A stretch of 64,000 bases of DNA from an uncultured Candidatus Planktophila sp. (GTDB taxonomy: Bacteria > Pseudomonadota > Alphaproteobacteria > Rhodobacterales > Rhodobacteraceae), in assembly GCA_964352385.1 (NCBI GenBank), contig CAYGRU010000004.1, positions 27,926 through 91,925 of the forward strand, in the 5' to 3' direction. Each line of letters opens with the position of its first letter. Position 1 is the first letter of the stretch. Below the pieces are notes generated by a model, which worked only from the letters and a program-made list of their open reading frames with translations, did no database searches and was not told the DNA's origin. Below are positions 21,955 through 30,389 of this stretch, one piece after another. The translations under genes and the position numbers were made by a program.

Positions 21955-23280
21955 ATGAGTAATCTTATGAAAAGCGCAGGTATCGCAGCCGCGCTCGCCG
22001 CATTTGCCGGTCCGGCATTTGCACAGGACATCAATCCGCCATTGCTTGCCGAGATCGGCTATATTCTGAACTCGTTCATGTTCCTCGTGGCCGGGTTTCT
22101 GGTCATGTTCATGGCCGCCGGGTTCGCCATGCTCGAGGCCGGTCTCGTGCGGACCAAGAACGTTACCATGCAGTTGACGAAGAACGTCGCGTTGTTCGGG
22201 ATTGCCGCGGTCCTCTACTACCTCGTCGGCTATAACCTGATGTATCCGGGTGATGGCTGGACCATCACCAACTATCTCGGCGCGTTTTCGCTGACATCGC
22301 TCGATCCGGTCGGCCTCGCCGATACGGAGCCGGATCTTTCCTATGCGTCGGTCGGGTCTGATTTCTTCTTCCAGTTGATGTTCTGCGCCACCACCGCCTC
22401 CATCGTTTCGGGGACGCTGGCGGAGCGGATCAAGCTCTGGCCCTTCCTTGCCTTCATCGTCGTTCTGACCGGTTTCATCTACCCGATCCAGGCTTCGTGG
22501 AAATGGGGCGGCGGCTGGCTCAACGAAATGGGCTTCCTCGATTTTGCGGGCTCCACCGTCGTTCACTCTGTGGGTGGCTGGGCCGCGCTTGCGGGGGCCC
22601 TGATCCTCGGGCCGCGTATCGGCAAGTACAAGGATGGCCGCGTCAGCCCGATGCCGGGGTCGAACCTGACCCTCGCAACGCTTGGCACGTTCATCCTGAT
22701 GCTCGGCTGGTTCGGCTTCAACGGCGGCTCGCAGCTCTACATGAACTCCGCCGGTAATGTGGCCGATATCAGCCGCATCTTCGCGAACACCAACGCAGCC
22801 GGTGCAGGCGGTGCGATTGCCGCCCTGATCCTGACGCAGGTGATGTTCAAGAAGGTCGACCTGACGATGGTGCTGAACGGCGTTCTCGCCGGTCTCGTGT
22901 CGATCACGGCAGAGCCGCTGACCCCCAGCCTCGGCGCATCCATCCTGATTGGTGCCGTCGGCGGCGTGATCGTGGTCTTCACGGTGCCGCTGCTCGACAA
23001 GCTGAAGATCGACGATGTTGTCGGTGCGATCCCGGTCCACCTGATTGCGGGCATCTGGGGCACCATCGCCGTTGTGTTCACCAATGGCGATGCGAGCATC
23101 ACGACGCAGCTTTTCTCGATCGTTGTTGTCGGCGTGTTCGTGTTCGTTGTGTCGGCGGTCGTATGGGTTGTGTTGAAGGTCGCCATGGGCGGTATCCGCG
23201 TCAGCGAAGAGGTGGAGATCACGGGTCTCGACACCTCCGAGCTGGGCATGGAAGCCTATCCTGAATTCACCAAGGGCTGA
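21955..23280 (+). CDS. amtB: ammonium transporter
   Basis: Signal peptide MSNLMKSAGIAAALAAFAGPAFA, FAGSTVVHSVGGW and VPVHLIAGIWGT twin-His motifs. An alternative ATG at 21922 overlaps the glnK stop. Confidence 0.9.
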   Translation: MSNLMKSAGIAAALAAFAGPAFAQDINPPLLAEIGYILNSFMFLVAGFLVMFMAAGFAMLEAGLVRTKNVTMQLTKNVALFGIAAVLYYLVGYNLMYPGDGWTITNYLGAFSLTSLDPVGLADTEPDLSYASVGSDFFFQLMFCATTASIVSGTLAERIKLWPFLAFIVVLTGFIYPIQASWKWGGGWLNEMGFLDFAGSTVVHSVGGWAALAGALILGPRIGKYKDGRVSPMPGSNLTLATLGTFILMLGWFGFNGGSQLYMNSAGNVADISRIFANTNAAGAGGAIAALILTQVMFKKVDLTMVLNGVLAGLVSITAEPLTPSLGASILIGAVGGVIVVFTVPLLDKLKIDDVVGAIPVHLIAGIWGTIAVVFTNGDASITTQLFSIVVVGVFVFVVSAVVWVVLKVAMGGIRVSEEVEITGLDTSELGMEAYPEFTKG

Positions 23281-23332
23281 CCGGCCCCTGGTTCCACAAA
23301 TCCCCGGGGTGATCTTTGGATTACCTCAACTG

Positions 23333-23360
23333 ACCCGGGCTTCGGCCCGGGTCTTTTTTT
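23333..23360 (+). terminator. rho-independent terminator after amtB
   Basis: ACCCGGGC-TTCG-GCCCGGGT hairpin followed by TTTTTTT. Confidence 0.85.
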
Positions 23361-23375
23361 GTGCGGGCCTAAGCC

Positions 23376-23409
23376 AAAAAGAAAAACCCGGGCCGAAGCC
23401 CGGGCTTTT
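23376..23409 (-). terminator. rho-independent terminator after tRNA-His (minus strand)
   Basis: Plus strand reads AAAAAGAAAAACCCGGGCCGAAGCCCGGGC. On the minus strand this is a GC hairpin followed by a T-run. It is a mirror image of the amtB terminator. Confidence 0.8.
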
Positions 23410-23416
23410 CGAATGA

Positions 23417-23493
23417 TGGTACCGATGCCCCGGCTCGAACGGGGGACCCCTAGATCCACAATCTAGTGCTCTAACCAACTGAGCTACATCGGC
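23417..23493 (-). tRNA. tRNA-His (anticodon GUG), CCA encoded
   Basis: rc = GCCGATG TA GCTC AGTTGGTTA GAGC A CTAGA TTGTGGA TCTAG GGGTC CCCCG TTCGAGC CGGGG CATCGGT A CCA. Folds as a canonical cloverleaf by hand. G1-U72, A73; genomic -1 base is C (no encoded G-1). Confidence 0.93.
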
Positions 23494-23620
23494 GCAGATA
23501 CAGCATGTGCTGTTTCGTGCCGGTGATCTATCCCGCACCTCGCGAATTTGCAAGCGCGCGACGCAGGAGACTTGCACAGCGCCCGCATCCGCGCGATCAG
23601 AAGGAAAAGGAGCATCAGCC

Positions 23621-23884
23621 ATGAGCATCAACAAGCAGACCGAAGAGGCAGCGAACCTCCAGATTGGACCGACCTCGGCCGGCATGGTCCGAATCTATAT
23701 CGAAACCGAGACGAGCCAGATCCCGATGGATTTCGAACCGGAGGAGGCCGAGGAGATCGCGGAGGAACTGCGCGCTGCCGCTGCACAGGCCCGCAGCGCG
23801 GGGCGCGGCGGCAAAGGTGGTGCTGCGAAGACAGGCGGAAAGCCCGCAGCGCGCGGCGCAAAGGGACCCAAAGGCGGTAGGTGA
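23621..23884 (+). CDS. hypothetical small protein with acidic core and Gly/Lys/Arg-rich tail
   Basis: ATG 23621 with AAGGAAAAGGAG RBS. MSINKQTEEAANLQIGPTSAGMVRIYIETETSQIPMDFEPEEAEEIAEELR...GRGGKGGAAKTGGKPAARGAKGPKGGR. Stop overlaps the next gene's start (GTGA). Confidence 0.6.
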   Translation: MSINKQTEEAANLQIGPTSAGMVRIYIETETSQIPMDFEPEEAEEIAEELRAAAAQARSAGRGGKGGAAKTGGKPAARGAKGPKGGR

Positions 23885-25230
23885 GTGGCACCGACGCCTT
23901 GCGCAGACAGCGCGCCGAATTCAGGTGGGACCCGCAGCGCCTGCGTCTGACATGGGCGAACGAAGCGGGGCTTGCCTTCTGGTGCGAAGACAGCCTGATC
24001 GACCTGACAGAGCGGATTTTTGCGCCGGGCGATGAGACCGTGCGCGCCCTTGCAGCGCGACAGGCGGAGATCGCGGAGGGCGGCAGCGGCACCGGGCGGC
24101 TGATCTTTACCCCGCGCGGCGCGCCGATCCTGACGGTGGCCGAATGCAGGATGGTGGAGGGGGGCGGAGAGCGTCTGATGCTCCACGTCTCTCTGACCGA
24201 GATCGACCCGCCCACTGATGCGGTTCTGGCGCGGATGCAGGCCGGGTTCGATGCCGCGCCGCAAGCGATGGCCATCGTCGATGCCGCGGGGGGTGTGCTG
24301 ACCCGAAACGAGGCGGACAGGCGCTGCTTCCCCGATGCCAGCAGCCTGTTTCGGGATCGGTTCATCGACCCGGCGGATGCACAGGCCGCGCTGGCGACGA
24401 CGTTTGCGGATGGCACGTTCAGCCGCAAGGCGCTGTTGCATGTCGGATCGGACGCTGCCGCGTTCCGTATTTCGCTGCGGCGGATGCGCGACCCGGTCAG
24501 TGGAATGGTGTCTGCGATTGCGGAATTCAGCGATCAGACCGACCGCCCGGCGCTGGTTCCCACACCACTGGCAGGGTCGCGGCGTGAATCGGCGGTTGCC
24601 GCGCTGGCGCATGACCTCCGCTCGCCGCTGATGGCGGTTCAGGGCTTTGCCGAGTTTCTGGCGCTGTCGGGCGATGACATGACCGCCGCGCAACGCGCCG
24701 GATATCTGGCCGACATCGGCACCGCCTGCCGCAGGCTTCAGGGCATCATCGACCAGATTATTGAAGGCGCGGCGCAAGGCGCGGCACTTGTCGCACTCGG
24801 CCCGATCCTGAATGCTTCGGCGCGCCTGCATCGGCCACGGGCGGCGGCGCTGGGGGCCAGTCTGATCGTTGTCGATCCCGACCCGGCCCTGACGGTCGAA
24901 GCGGACGCGGAAAGCCTGCATCGCATCCTCGACAACCTGATCGGCAACGCGCTGTCACATGCAGTCGCAGCAGGCGGTACAGTTCGCCTTGCCGCGTGGC
25001 TGGATGGGGCATCAGTCGTGATCGAGGTGAGCGACGATGGCCCCGGAATGGCGGACGCGGCGCTGGCCGCCGCGATGTCGCCCTTCGGCGCGCCGCAGCC
25101 TGTGGGCCGAACGGGTGGCCTCGGCCTGCCTAATTGCAAGGCATTGGCGGAGGCGATGGGCGCGCGGTTCGAAATCGTCACCGCGCCGGAAAAGGGCCTG
25201 TCAGCCCGCGTGATCTTCGGCCCCACCTGA
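23881..25230 (+). CDS. soluble sensor histidine kinase (PAS-like N-terminal region + HisKA/HATPase)
   Basis: H-box ALAHDLRSPLMAVQGFAEFL, N box NLIGNALSHA, G boxes DDGPGM and GGLGLPN. No obvious TM helices. Confidence 0.8.
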   Translation: MSGTDALRRQRAEFRWDPQRLRLTWANEAGLAFWCEDSLIDLTERIFAPGDETVRALAARQAEIAEGGSGTGRLIFTPRGAPILTVAECRMVEGGGERLMLHVSLTEIDPPTDAVLARMQAGFDAAPQAMAIVDAAGGVLTRNEADRRCFPDASSLFRDRFIDPADAQAALATTFADGTFSRKALLHVGSDAAAFRISLRRMRDPVSGMVSAIAEFSDQTDRPALVPTPLAGSRRESAVAALAHDLRSPLMAVQGFAEFLALSGDDMTAAQRAGYLADIGTACRRLQGIIDQIIEGAAQGAALVALGPILNASARLHRPRAAALGASLIVVDPDPALTVEADAESLHRILDNLIGNALSHAVAAGGTVRLAAWLDGASVVIEVSDDGPGMADAALAAAMSPFGAPQPVGRTGGLGLPNCKALAEAMGARFEIVTAPEKGLSARVIFGPT

Positions 25231-25716
25231 ATCGGCTCCCACCGAACCGAACGTGCCGCCCATCATCGCCGCAAGGCCCGGATCGGCGTGGCCCCGTAAC
25301 CGCAGCGCCGCCACACGCCCGATCTTCAGCATCTGTGCCTTGCGCCGTGCGGCGGAAAGCGGGCGATGGATCGCGGGGCGTGCGATTTCCGCCCCGAACC
25401 CGTCAGCGAGGATCAGCCCCTCTTCCTCTGGCAGAACCTCCAGCGGGAAGGTGCCGGGCACCGCGAAAAAGAACCGGTCAGCCCAGTCGAGATATCCGCG
25501 CCATTTCCGGTCGGTCTGGAAATCGGCGAGGGAAGACTTGCACTCCACCACCCAGATCTCGCCATCCCGCGTCAGGGCGGTGATGTCGGTCCGCATACCG
25601 GAGGCGGGGCTGAATTCCGTGACCGGCGCAAGCCCTTCGTCGATCAGAAATCGGCACACCCCACGAGCGATGATCTGACCGGGCGCGAGGGTATCGGATG
25701 CGGGCAAAGTGAACAT
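25201..25716 (-). CDS. MmcB-family DNA repair protein
   Basis: DITALTRDGEIWVVECKSSLADFQTDRKWRGYLDWADRFFFAVP matches the nuclease-like core I recognise from MmcB family proteins. Confidence 0.7.
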   Translation of the reverse strand: MFTLPASDTLAPGQIIARGVCRFLIDEGLAPVTEFSPASGMRTDITALTRDGEIWVVECKSSLADFQTDRKWRGYLDWADRFFFAVPGTFPLEVLPEEEGLILADGFGAEIARPAIHRPLSAARRKAQMLKIGRVAALRLRGHADPGLAAMMGGTFGSVGADSGGAEDHAG

Positions 25717-25756
25717 AGTGTGAACACGATAGCCGGGATTACTGGATTCGAAAGCA

Positions 25757-26206
25757 TTAACCCTTTGCCGCTGGCAGTGCGCCTATGGTTAATCCGCCGA
25801 TGAATCCCTCTTCGAACTGATCGGCCCCTGCGACAGGGCTGACCCAGTCGAGCCTGCTCTTCGTCCAGATTTCGGCTTCGGGCCGAAAGCTGGCCGGATC
25901 GTCCATCGTGCCCGCCTTGACCGAATACCGCGTCACCGCAGGCCAGGGGGAGGTGAAGAGATGCCCGCCGCAATCCGCGCAGAAATAGCGCGCGATGCTG
26001 CGCCCGCTGTCGGCGGTCGCAATCGACCGTGCCGGCTGCCCTTCGACACGGACGGTATCCGCCGCAACGACAATGGCGGCATGAAAGGCCGCTCCGGCAT
26101 AACGCCGGCAATCAGAGCAATGGCAGAGATAGGGTTTGCTTTCTCCCTCGCTGACGGCATAGCGCACCGCGCCGCACAGGCATCCGCCGGTGAATGGTTC
26201 CGACAT
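25757..26206 (-). CDS. GFA family (glutathione-dependent formaldehyde-activating / CENP-V-like) protein
   Basis: GGCLCGAVRY ... CHCSDCRR ... FCADCG zinc-binding Cys pattern. Confidence 0.85.
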   Translation of the reverse strand: MSEPFTGGCLCGAVRYAVSEGESKPYLCHCSDCRRYAGAAFHAAIVVAADTVRVEGQPARSIATADSGRSIARYFCADCGGHLFTSPWPAVTRYSVKAGTMDDPASFRPEAEIWTKSRLDWVSPVAGADQFEEGFIGGLTIGALPAAKG

Positions 26207-26313
26207 GTCGTCCCTCGATTCGATTAAAGGTCATTCCGCGCAAACGGACCTGCATTTTGATGGCTCTGGATTAGATTACGCTGTTTAGTGCGCGAGCAAA
26301 GGGGGGCACGACC

Positions 26314-27390
26314 ATGATCCGGAAAAACCTTATCGCAATGATCCTGGCAGGGATCGCCTATCTGTTGTTCTGGCCGGTTCCCGTCGCGCCCGTCGCCTGG
26401 GACGCGCCGCAGGATGAGGGATATGTCGGTGTCTATGCCGCGAATGAACGCCTCGCGGCGGCGGAGCGGGTGGAGATCATGGGCAACCACGGGCCGGAGG
26501 ATGCGGCGCTCGGCCCTGACGGCGCGCTCTACATCGCCACGGCTGAGGGAAACATCCTGCGCCGAGGGACGGATGGTGCGATGTCGGTCTGGGCCACGAC
26601 CGGCGGTCGCCCCCTGGGAATGGAGGCCGCACCGGGGGGCGGGTTCTATGTCGCCGATGCGTATCGGGGTCTGTTGCTGGTCACGGCGGAAAAGACGACG
26701 GTGCTGGCGGATCGCACATCCACCGGATCGCCCATTCTCTATGCCGATGATCTCGACGTTGCACCGGATGGGGCCGTCTGGTTTTCCGATGCCTCCACCA
26801 AATTCGGAGCGGAGGTGAGCGGTGGCACGTTGGAGGGAAGTTATCTGGAATTGCTGGAACATGGCCGCACCGGACGGTTGCTCCGCTGGGACCCGGCAAC
26901 GGGCGAGGCGGAGGTGAAGCTGACCGGGATCAGCTTTGCCAATGGTGTCGCGATGGGGCCGGACGGGCTGTGGCTCTATTTCATCGAAACCGGCGAATAT
27001 GCCCTGCGCCGCCTCTGGATCGCGGGGCCGCGCACCGGCGAGGTGGAGGCTGTGCTGGAGAACCTTCCCGGCTTTCCCGACAACATCAACCGCGACGCGG
27101 AGGGCGGGTTCCTGATGGGGCTGGTGTCGAAACGCGCGCCCTTGGTCGACATGCTGGCAGGCTGGCCCTTCGTTCGGTCCGTGGTGCAGCGACTGCCCGC
27201 AGCGCTGCGGCCAAAGGCGGTCAGCCACGGTTTCGTAATCCATCTGGATGAAACCGGCACCGTGATGGAGACGTGGCAGGACCCGGCAGGTGTCTATCCC
27301 CTGACGACAGGCGCGGTGCGGGATGCGGATGGCGCGCTCTGGATCACATCGCTGAACGCGACGACGATTGCGCGGCTGGCGAGTCCTTAA
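26314..27390 (+). CDS. strictosidine synthase-like / SMP-30-gluconolactonase-LRE family beta-propeller protein
   Basis: N-terminal TM anchor, GPEDAALGPDG, repeated propeller-like blades, DDLDVAPDGAVWFSD, FPDNINRD. Confidence 0.7.
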   Translation: MIRKNLIAMILAGIAYLLFWPVPVAPVAWDAPQDEGYVGVYAANERLAAAERVEIMGNHGPEDAALGPDGALYIATAEGNILRRGTDGAMSVWATTGGRPLGMEAAPGGGFYVADAYRGLLLVTAEKTTVLADRTSTGSPILYADDLDVAPDGAVWFSDASTKFGAEVSGGTLEGSYLELLEHGRTGRLLRWDPATGEAEVKLTGISFANGVAMGPDGLWLYFIETGEYALRRLWIAGPRTGEVEAVLENLPGFPDNINRDAEGGFLMGLVSKRAPLVDMLAGWPFVRSVVQRLPAALRPKAVSHGFVIHLDETGTVMETWQDPAGVYPLTTGAVRDADGALWITSLNATTIARLASP

Positions 27391-28078
27391 CCATCGTCTT
27401 TGCCCCGAAAAGGCGCGCGAATTGCCGCTCTCCCTCCGGCGAGAATGCGACGACCCGCGTGCCTTCGACCCGACGCGCCCAGCCGCGCTGATACATCCCG
27501 TCGAGCAGCGCAATGCCGAGCGAGCCCGCCAGATGCGTCCGGCGCATTGACCAGTCGAGGCAGGATCGGCAGAGGGGGCGGCGCTTCGCCTCCAGCGCCT
27601 TCAGGTCTATCCCGAAACCTTCGGCGAAATCCCGCCCGGACGGTGTCAGCAGGACATTTTCCTCGTCCCCTTCCACATGCCCGGCGGCGCGGAGGCTGTC
27701 GAACATCCGCACACCCATTTCCCCGGCGAGATGGTTGTAGCACACCCGCGCCCGCCGCAGCGCCGGGTCGCGCGGCCCCTGCCGCGTGCGTATCGCACCG
27801 CGCTTCGACGCGAGGCCCATCAGACCTTCCAGCACCCGGCTGACATCTTCATCGGCGAGCGCGAAATACCGATGGCGGCCCTGTTTTCGCAGGGTCAGCA
27901 AGCCTGCCTCCGCCAGCTTCTTCAGATGCGCCGAGGCCGTCGGCGCGCCGACCCCCGCCTCCGCCGCCAGTTCCGTCGCGGTCAGGGCGCGGCCCGTCAT
28001 CAGCGCGGTGAGCATGTTGGCGCGCGCCGGATCGCCGATCAGCGCAGCAAGGATGGCGATATCCGGGCCTTCTTTCAT
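27344..28078 (-). CDS. ArsR/SmtB-family winged-helix transcriptional regulator with C-terminal extension
   Basis: LAALIGDPARANMLTALMTGRALTATELAAEAGVGAPTASAHLKKLAEAGLLTLRKQGRHRYFAL. Confidence 0.8.
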   Translation of the reverse strand: MKEGPDIAILAALIGDPARANMLTALMTGRALTATELAAEAGVGAPTASAHLKKLAEAGLLTLRKQGRHRYFALADEDVSRVLEGLMGLASKRGAIRTRQGPRDPALRRARVCYNHLAGEMGVRMFDSLRAAGHVEGDEENVLLTPSGRDFAEGFGIDLKALEAKRRPLCRSCLDWSMRRTHLAGSLGIALLDGMYQRGWARRVEGTRVVAFSPEGERQFARLFGAKTMVKDSPAAQSSSRSAM

Positions 28079-28149
28079 GGTTCGACCGTAAGCGAAGTAT
28101 CCGTGTCGCGCAATCGGCTAGACAGAAGGCACAAGAAGGAGCGCACACC

Positions 28150-28479
28150 ATGCTGACATGTTTCATCCGCTATCATATCGACCCGACGAAGAAGGCCCAG
28201 TTCGAGGAATACGCCCGGAACTGGGGGCAGGCGATCCCGCGCTGCGGGGCTGACCTGATCGGCTATTACGCGCCGCATGAGGGGTCATCGACGCTGGCCT
28301 ATGGCGTCTACAATATCGAAAGCCTCGCCGCCTATGAGGCGTACCGCGAACGGTTGCGCGCCGATCCGCTGGGCCGTGCGAATTATGAATTCGCCCAGCG
28401 CGAAGGTTTTCTGCTACGCGAGGACCGCACATTCCTGAAACGCGCCTCCGCGCCACATGCAAAGGATCCCGCGCAATGA
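28150..28479 (+). CDS. NIPSNAP family protein
   Basis: 109 aa. MLTCFIRYHIDPTKKAQFEEYARNWG...YNIESLAAYEAYRERL pattern of a NIPSNAP/dimeric alpha-beta barrel. Confidence 0.65.
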   Translation: MLTCFIRYHIDPTKKAQFEEYARNWGQAIPRCGADLIGYYAPHEGSSTLAYGVYNIESLAAYEAYRERLRADPLGRANYEFAQREGFLLREDRTFLKRASAPHAKDPAQ

Positions 28480-28820
28480 TCGCCGTCATCTTCGAAGTCT
28501 TCCCACATGCCGACAAGCGCGATGCTTACCTCGCGATGGCCGCCGAAATGCGCCCGCTGGTGGAACAGATCGACGGGTTCATTTCGGTGGAACGCTTTGA
28601 AAGCCTGACGACACCGGGCAAGCTGCTGTCTGTCTCCATGTTCCGCGACGAGGCGGCGCTGGACGAATGGCGCGCGCTGACGAAGCACCGCACGGCGCAA
28701 AAGGCGGGCCGCGAGGTGATGTTCGACGATTACCGCCTGCGGGTGGCAAGCGTGATCCGCGATTACGGCATGTTCGAGCGGGCGGAGGCCCCCGCCGACA
28801 GCAAGGCCTTGCATGGATAG
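28476..28820 (+). CDS. antibiotic biosynthesis monooxygenase (ABM) domain protein
   Basis: Overlaps the previous stop (ATGA). MIAVIFEVFP...GFISVERFESL...SMFRDEAALDEWR. Confidence 0.7.
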   Translation: MIAVIFEVFPHADKRDAYLAMAAEMRPLVEQIDGFISVERFESLTTPGKLLSVSMFRDEAALDEWRALTKHRTAQKAGREVMFDDYRLRVASVIRDYGMFERAEAPADSKALHG

Positions 28821-29691
28821 GACCCGCGCGCCGGAATTCGCGCTGCTGGCCTTGCTCGCGCTGCTCTGGGGGTCGTCCTATCTGTTCATCAAGGTCGCAG
28901 TGGCGGAGATTCCGCCGCTGACGCTGATCGCCGCGCGCGCCACGATTGCTGCGCTGATCCTGACGGCGGTGATGTGGGGCAGGGGGCAGACATTTCCGCG
29001 CGACCGCGCAACGCTGGGCGGGCTGTTCATCCAGTCCTTGCTGAATGCGACGCTGGCATGGGTGTTGCTGGCATGGGGGGCGCAGTTCCTCGACAGCAGT
29101 CTTGCCAGCGTCCTGAATTCCACCTCGCCGATCTTCGTCTTCTTCCTGACGCTGATCTTCAGCCGGCATGAGGCGGCAACGCCGATCCGTCTGGCCGGTG
29201 CCGTCATCGGCATCGCCGGGGTGACGCTGATCGTGGGGGTGGAGGCGCTGGATGGTCTCGGCGTGCAGGTCGCAGGGCAACTGGCGGCGCTGGGCGGTGC
29301 GTTCATCTATGGCTGCGCAGCAATCTATGGGCGGCGGTTTTCGCATCTGTCACCGACCGTCACAGCGGCGGCGACAATGATCTGGGCGATGGTGGTGCTG
29401 ATCCCGGCGGCGCTGATCGTTGACCGGCCCTGGGCCCTGCAACCCTCGCCACAGGCGATTGCGGCGACGCTGGCGCTGGGCGTTTTTTCGACCGGTATCG
29501 CGCTGGTGATCTATTTCCGGCTGATCCGCACGCTGGGGTCGATGGGTGCGGCATCGCAGGCCTATCTGCGTGCCGGGGTCGGGGTCCTGCTGGGGGTGGT
29601 GCTGCTGGGCGAGCATATCCCGCCCACAGTCGCGCTGGGATTGGCGGCTTCGATCCTCGGTGTGATGCTGATCAACTGGCGGCGGGCGTGA
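28813..29691 (+). CDS. DMT superfamily (EamA-like) transporter
   Basis: 292 aa, about 10 hydrophobic helices, LLWGSSYLFIKV and duplicated EamA-type halves. Confidence 0.8.
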   Translation: MDRTRAPEFALLALLALLWGSSYLFIKVAVAEIPPLTLIAARATIAALILTAVMWGRGQTFPRDRATLGGLFIQSLLNATLAWVLLAWGAQFLDSSLASVLNSTSPIFVFFLTLIFSRHEAATPIRLAGAVIGIAGVTLIVGVEALDGLGVQVAGQLAALGGAFIYGCAAIYGRRFSHLSPTVTAAATMIWAMVVLIPAALIVDRPWALQPSPQAIAATLALGVFSTGIALVIYFRLIRTLGSMGAASQAYLRAGVGVLLGVVLLGEHIPPTVALGLAASILGVMLINWRRA

Positions 29692-29770
29692 GAGACGCCG
29701 GATGCCGTCGACATAAAGGGGCTGGTGGCCCTAGCATGGATGCACCAGCGCACGGACCAAGGACATCACA

Positions 29771-30172
29771 ATGACCCGAACTCTGAAAGAGAGACTTTTC
29801 GTCCTTGCGGGCCTCAGCAACATCCTCGGGGTGCTGATCTGCTCGAAGCTGTTTACCAATGACGTGATGATGCAGACCCAGCCTGCCGTTATGGGGGCAT
29901 TCGGCCTGGTCATGATCATTGTCTGGGGGCTGGCCTATATCGCCGTCAGCAAGAGCTTTCAGAAACTGCGCTGGCTGATCGGCGTTTTCGTTATTGAGAA
30001 GCTTTGCTACGTCATCGCCTGGCTCATCTTCGCATCGACCCAATCATTGGGGTCGGTCTATGAGGCAAATGTCCTCGCCGGTGTGTTTTTCAGCGTTTAT
30101 GGTTTGAACGATTTCGCATTCATGATCTTCTTCGCCTATATTTTCATCACATCCCCGAAGCGCGTAGCCTGA
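29771..30172 (+). CDS. hypothetical 4-TM membrane protein, compositionally atypical
   Basis: 133-aa ORF with four hydrophobic stretches. One 100-nt hand count gives 52 % GC versus about 62-66 % nearby. Confidence 0.5.
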   Translation: MTRTLKERLFVLAGLSNILGVLICSKLFTNDVMMQTQPAVMGAFGLVMIIVWGLAYIAVSKSFQKLRWLIGVFVIEKLCYVIAWLIFASTQSLGSVYEANVLAGVFFSVYGLNDFAFMIFFAYIFITSPKRVA

Positions 30173-30389
30173 CCATCCTGTGATTGAGGCCATGCGGCCC
30201 ATGAGGCTGTTTTCTGCGTTTCCCTGATCGCTTTCCCCTGCACAAATCCTCCTCACCTTTCCGCAAAACCTGCTGAGACCCGTCCCCCTTCCTGCCCCGC
30301 CTGAACCCGCATCTGGCATCAGGCGCGGCGGTGCGGTGTTGATCCCCCTCTCCCTGTCACAAGGCCCGCATGGCCGCGCCGCCGGAGGG

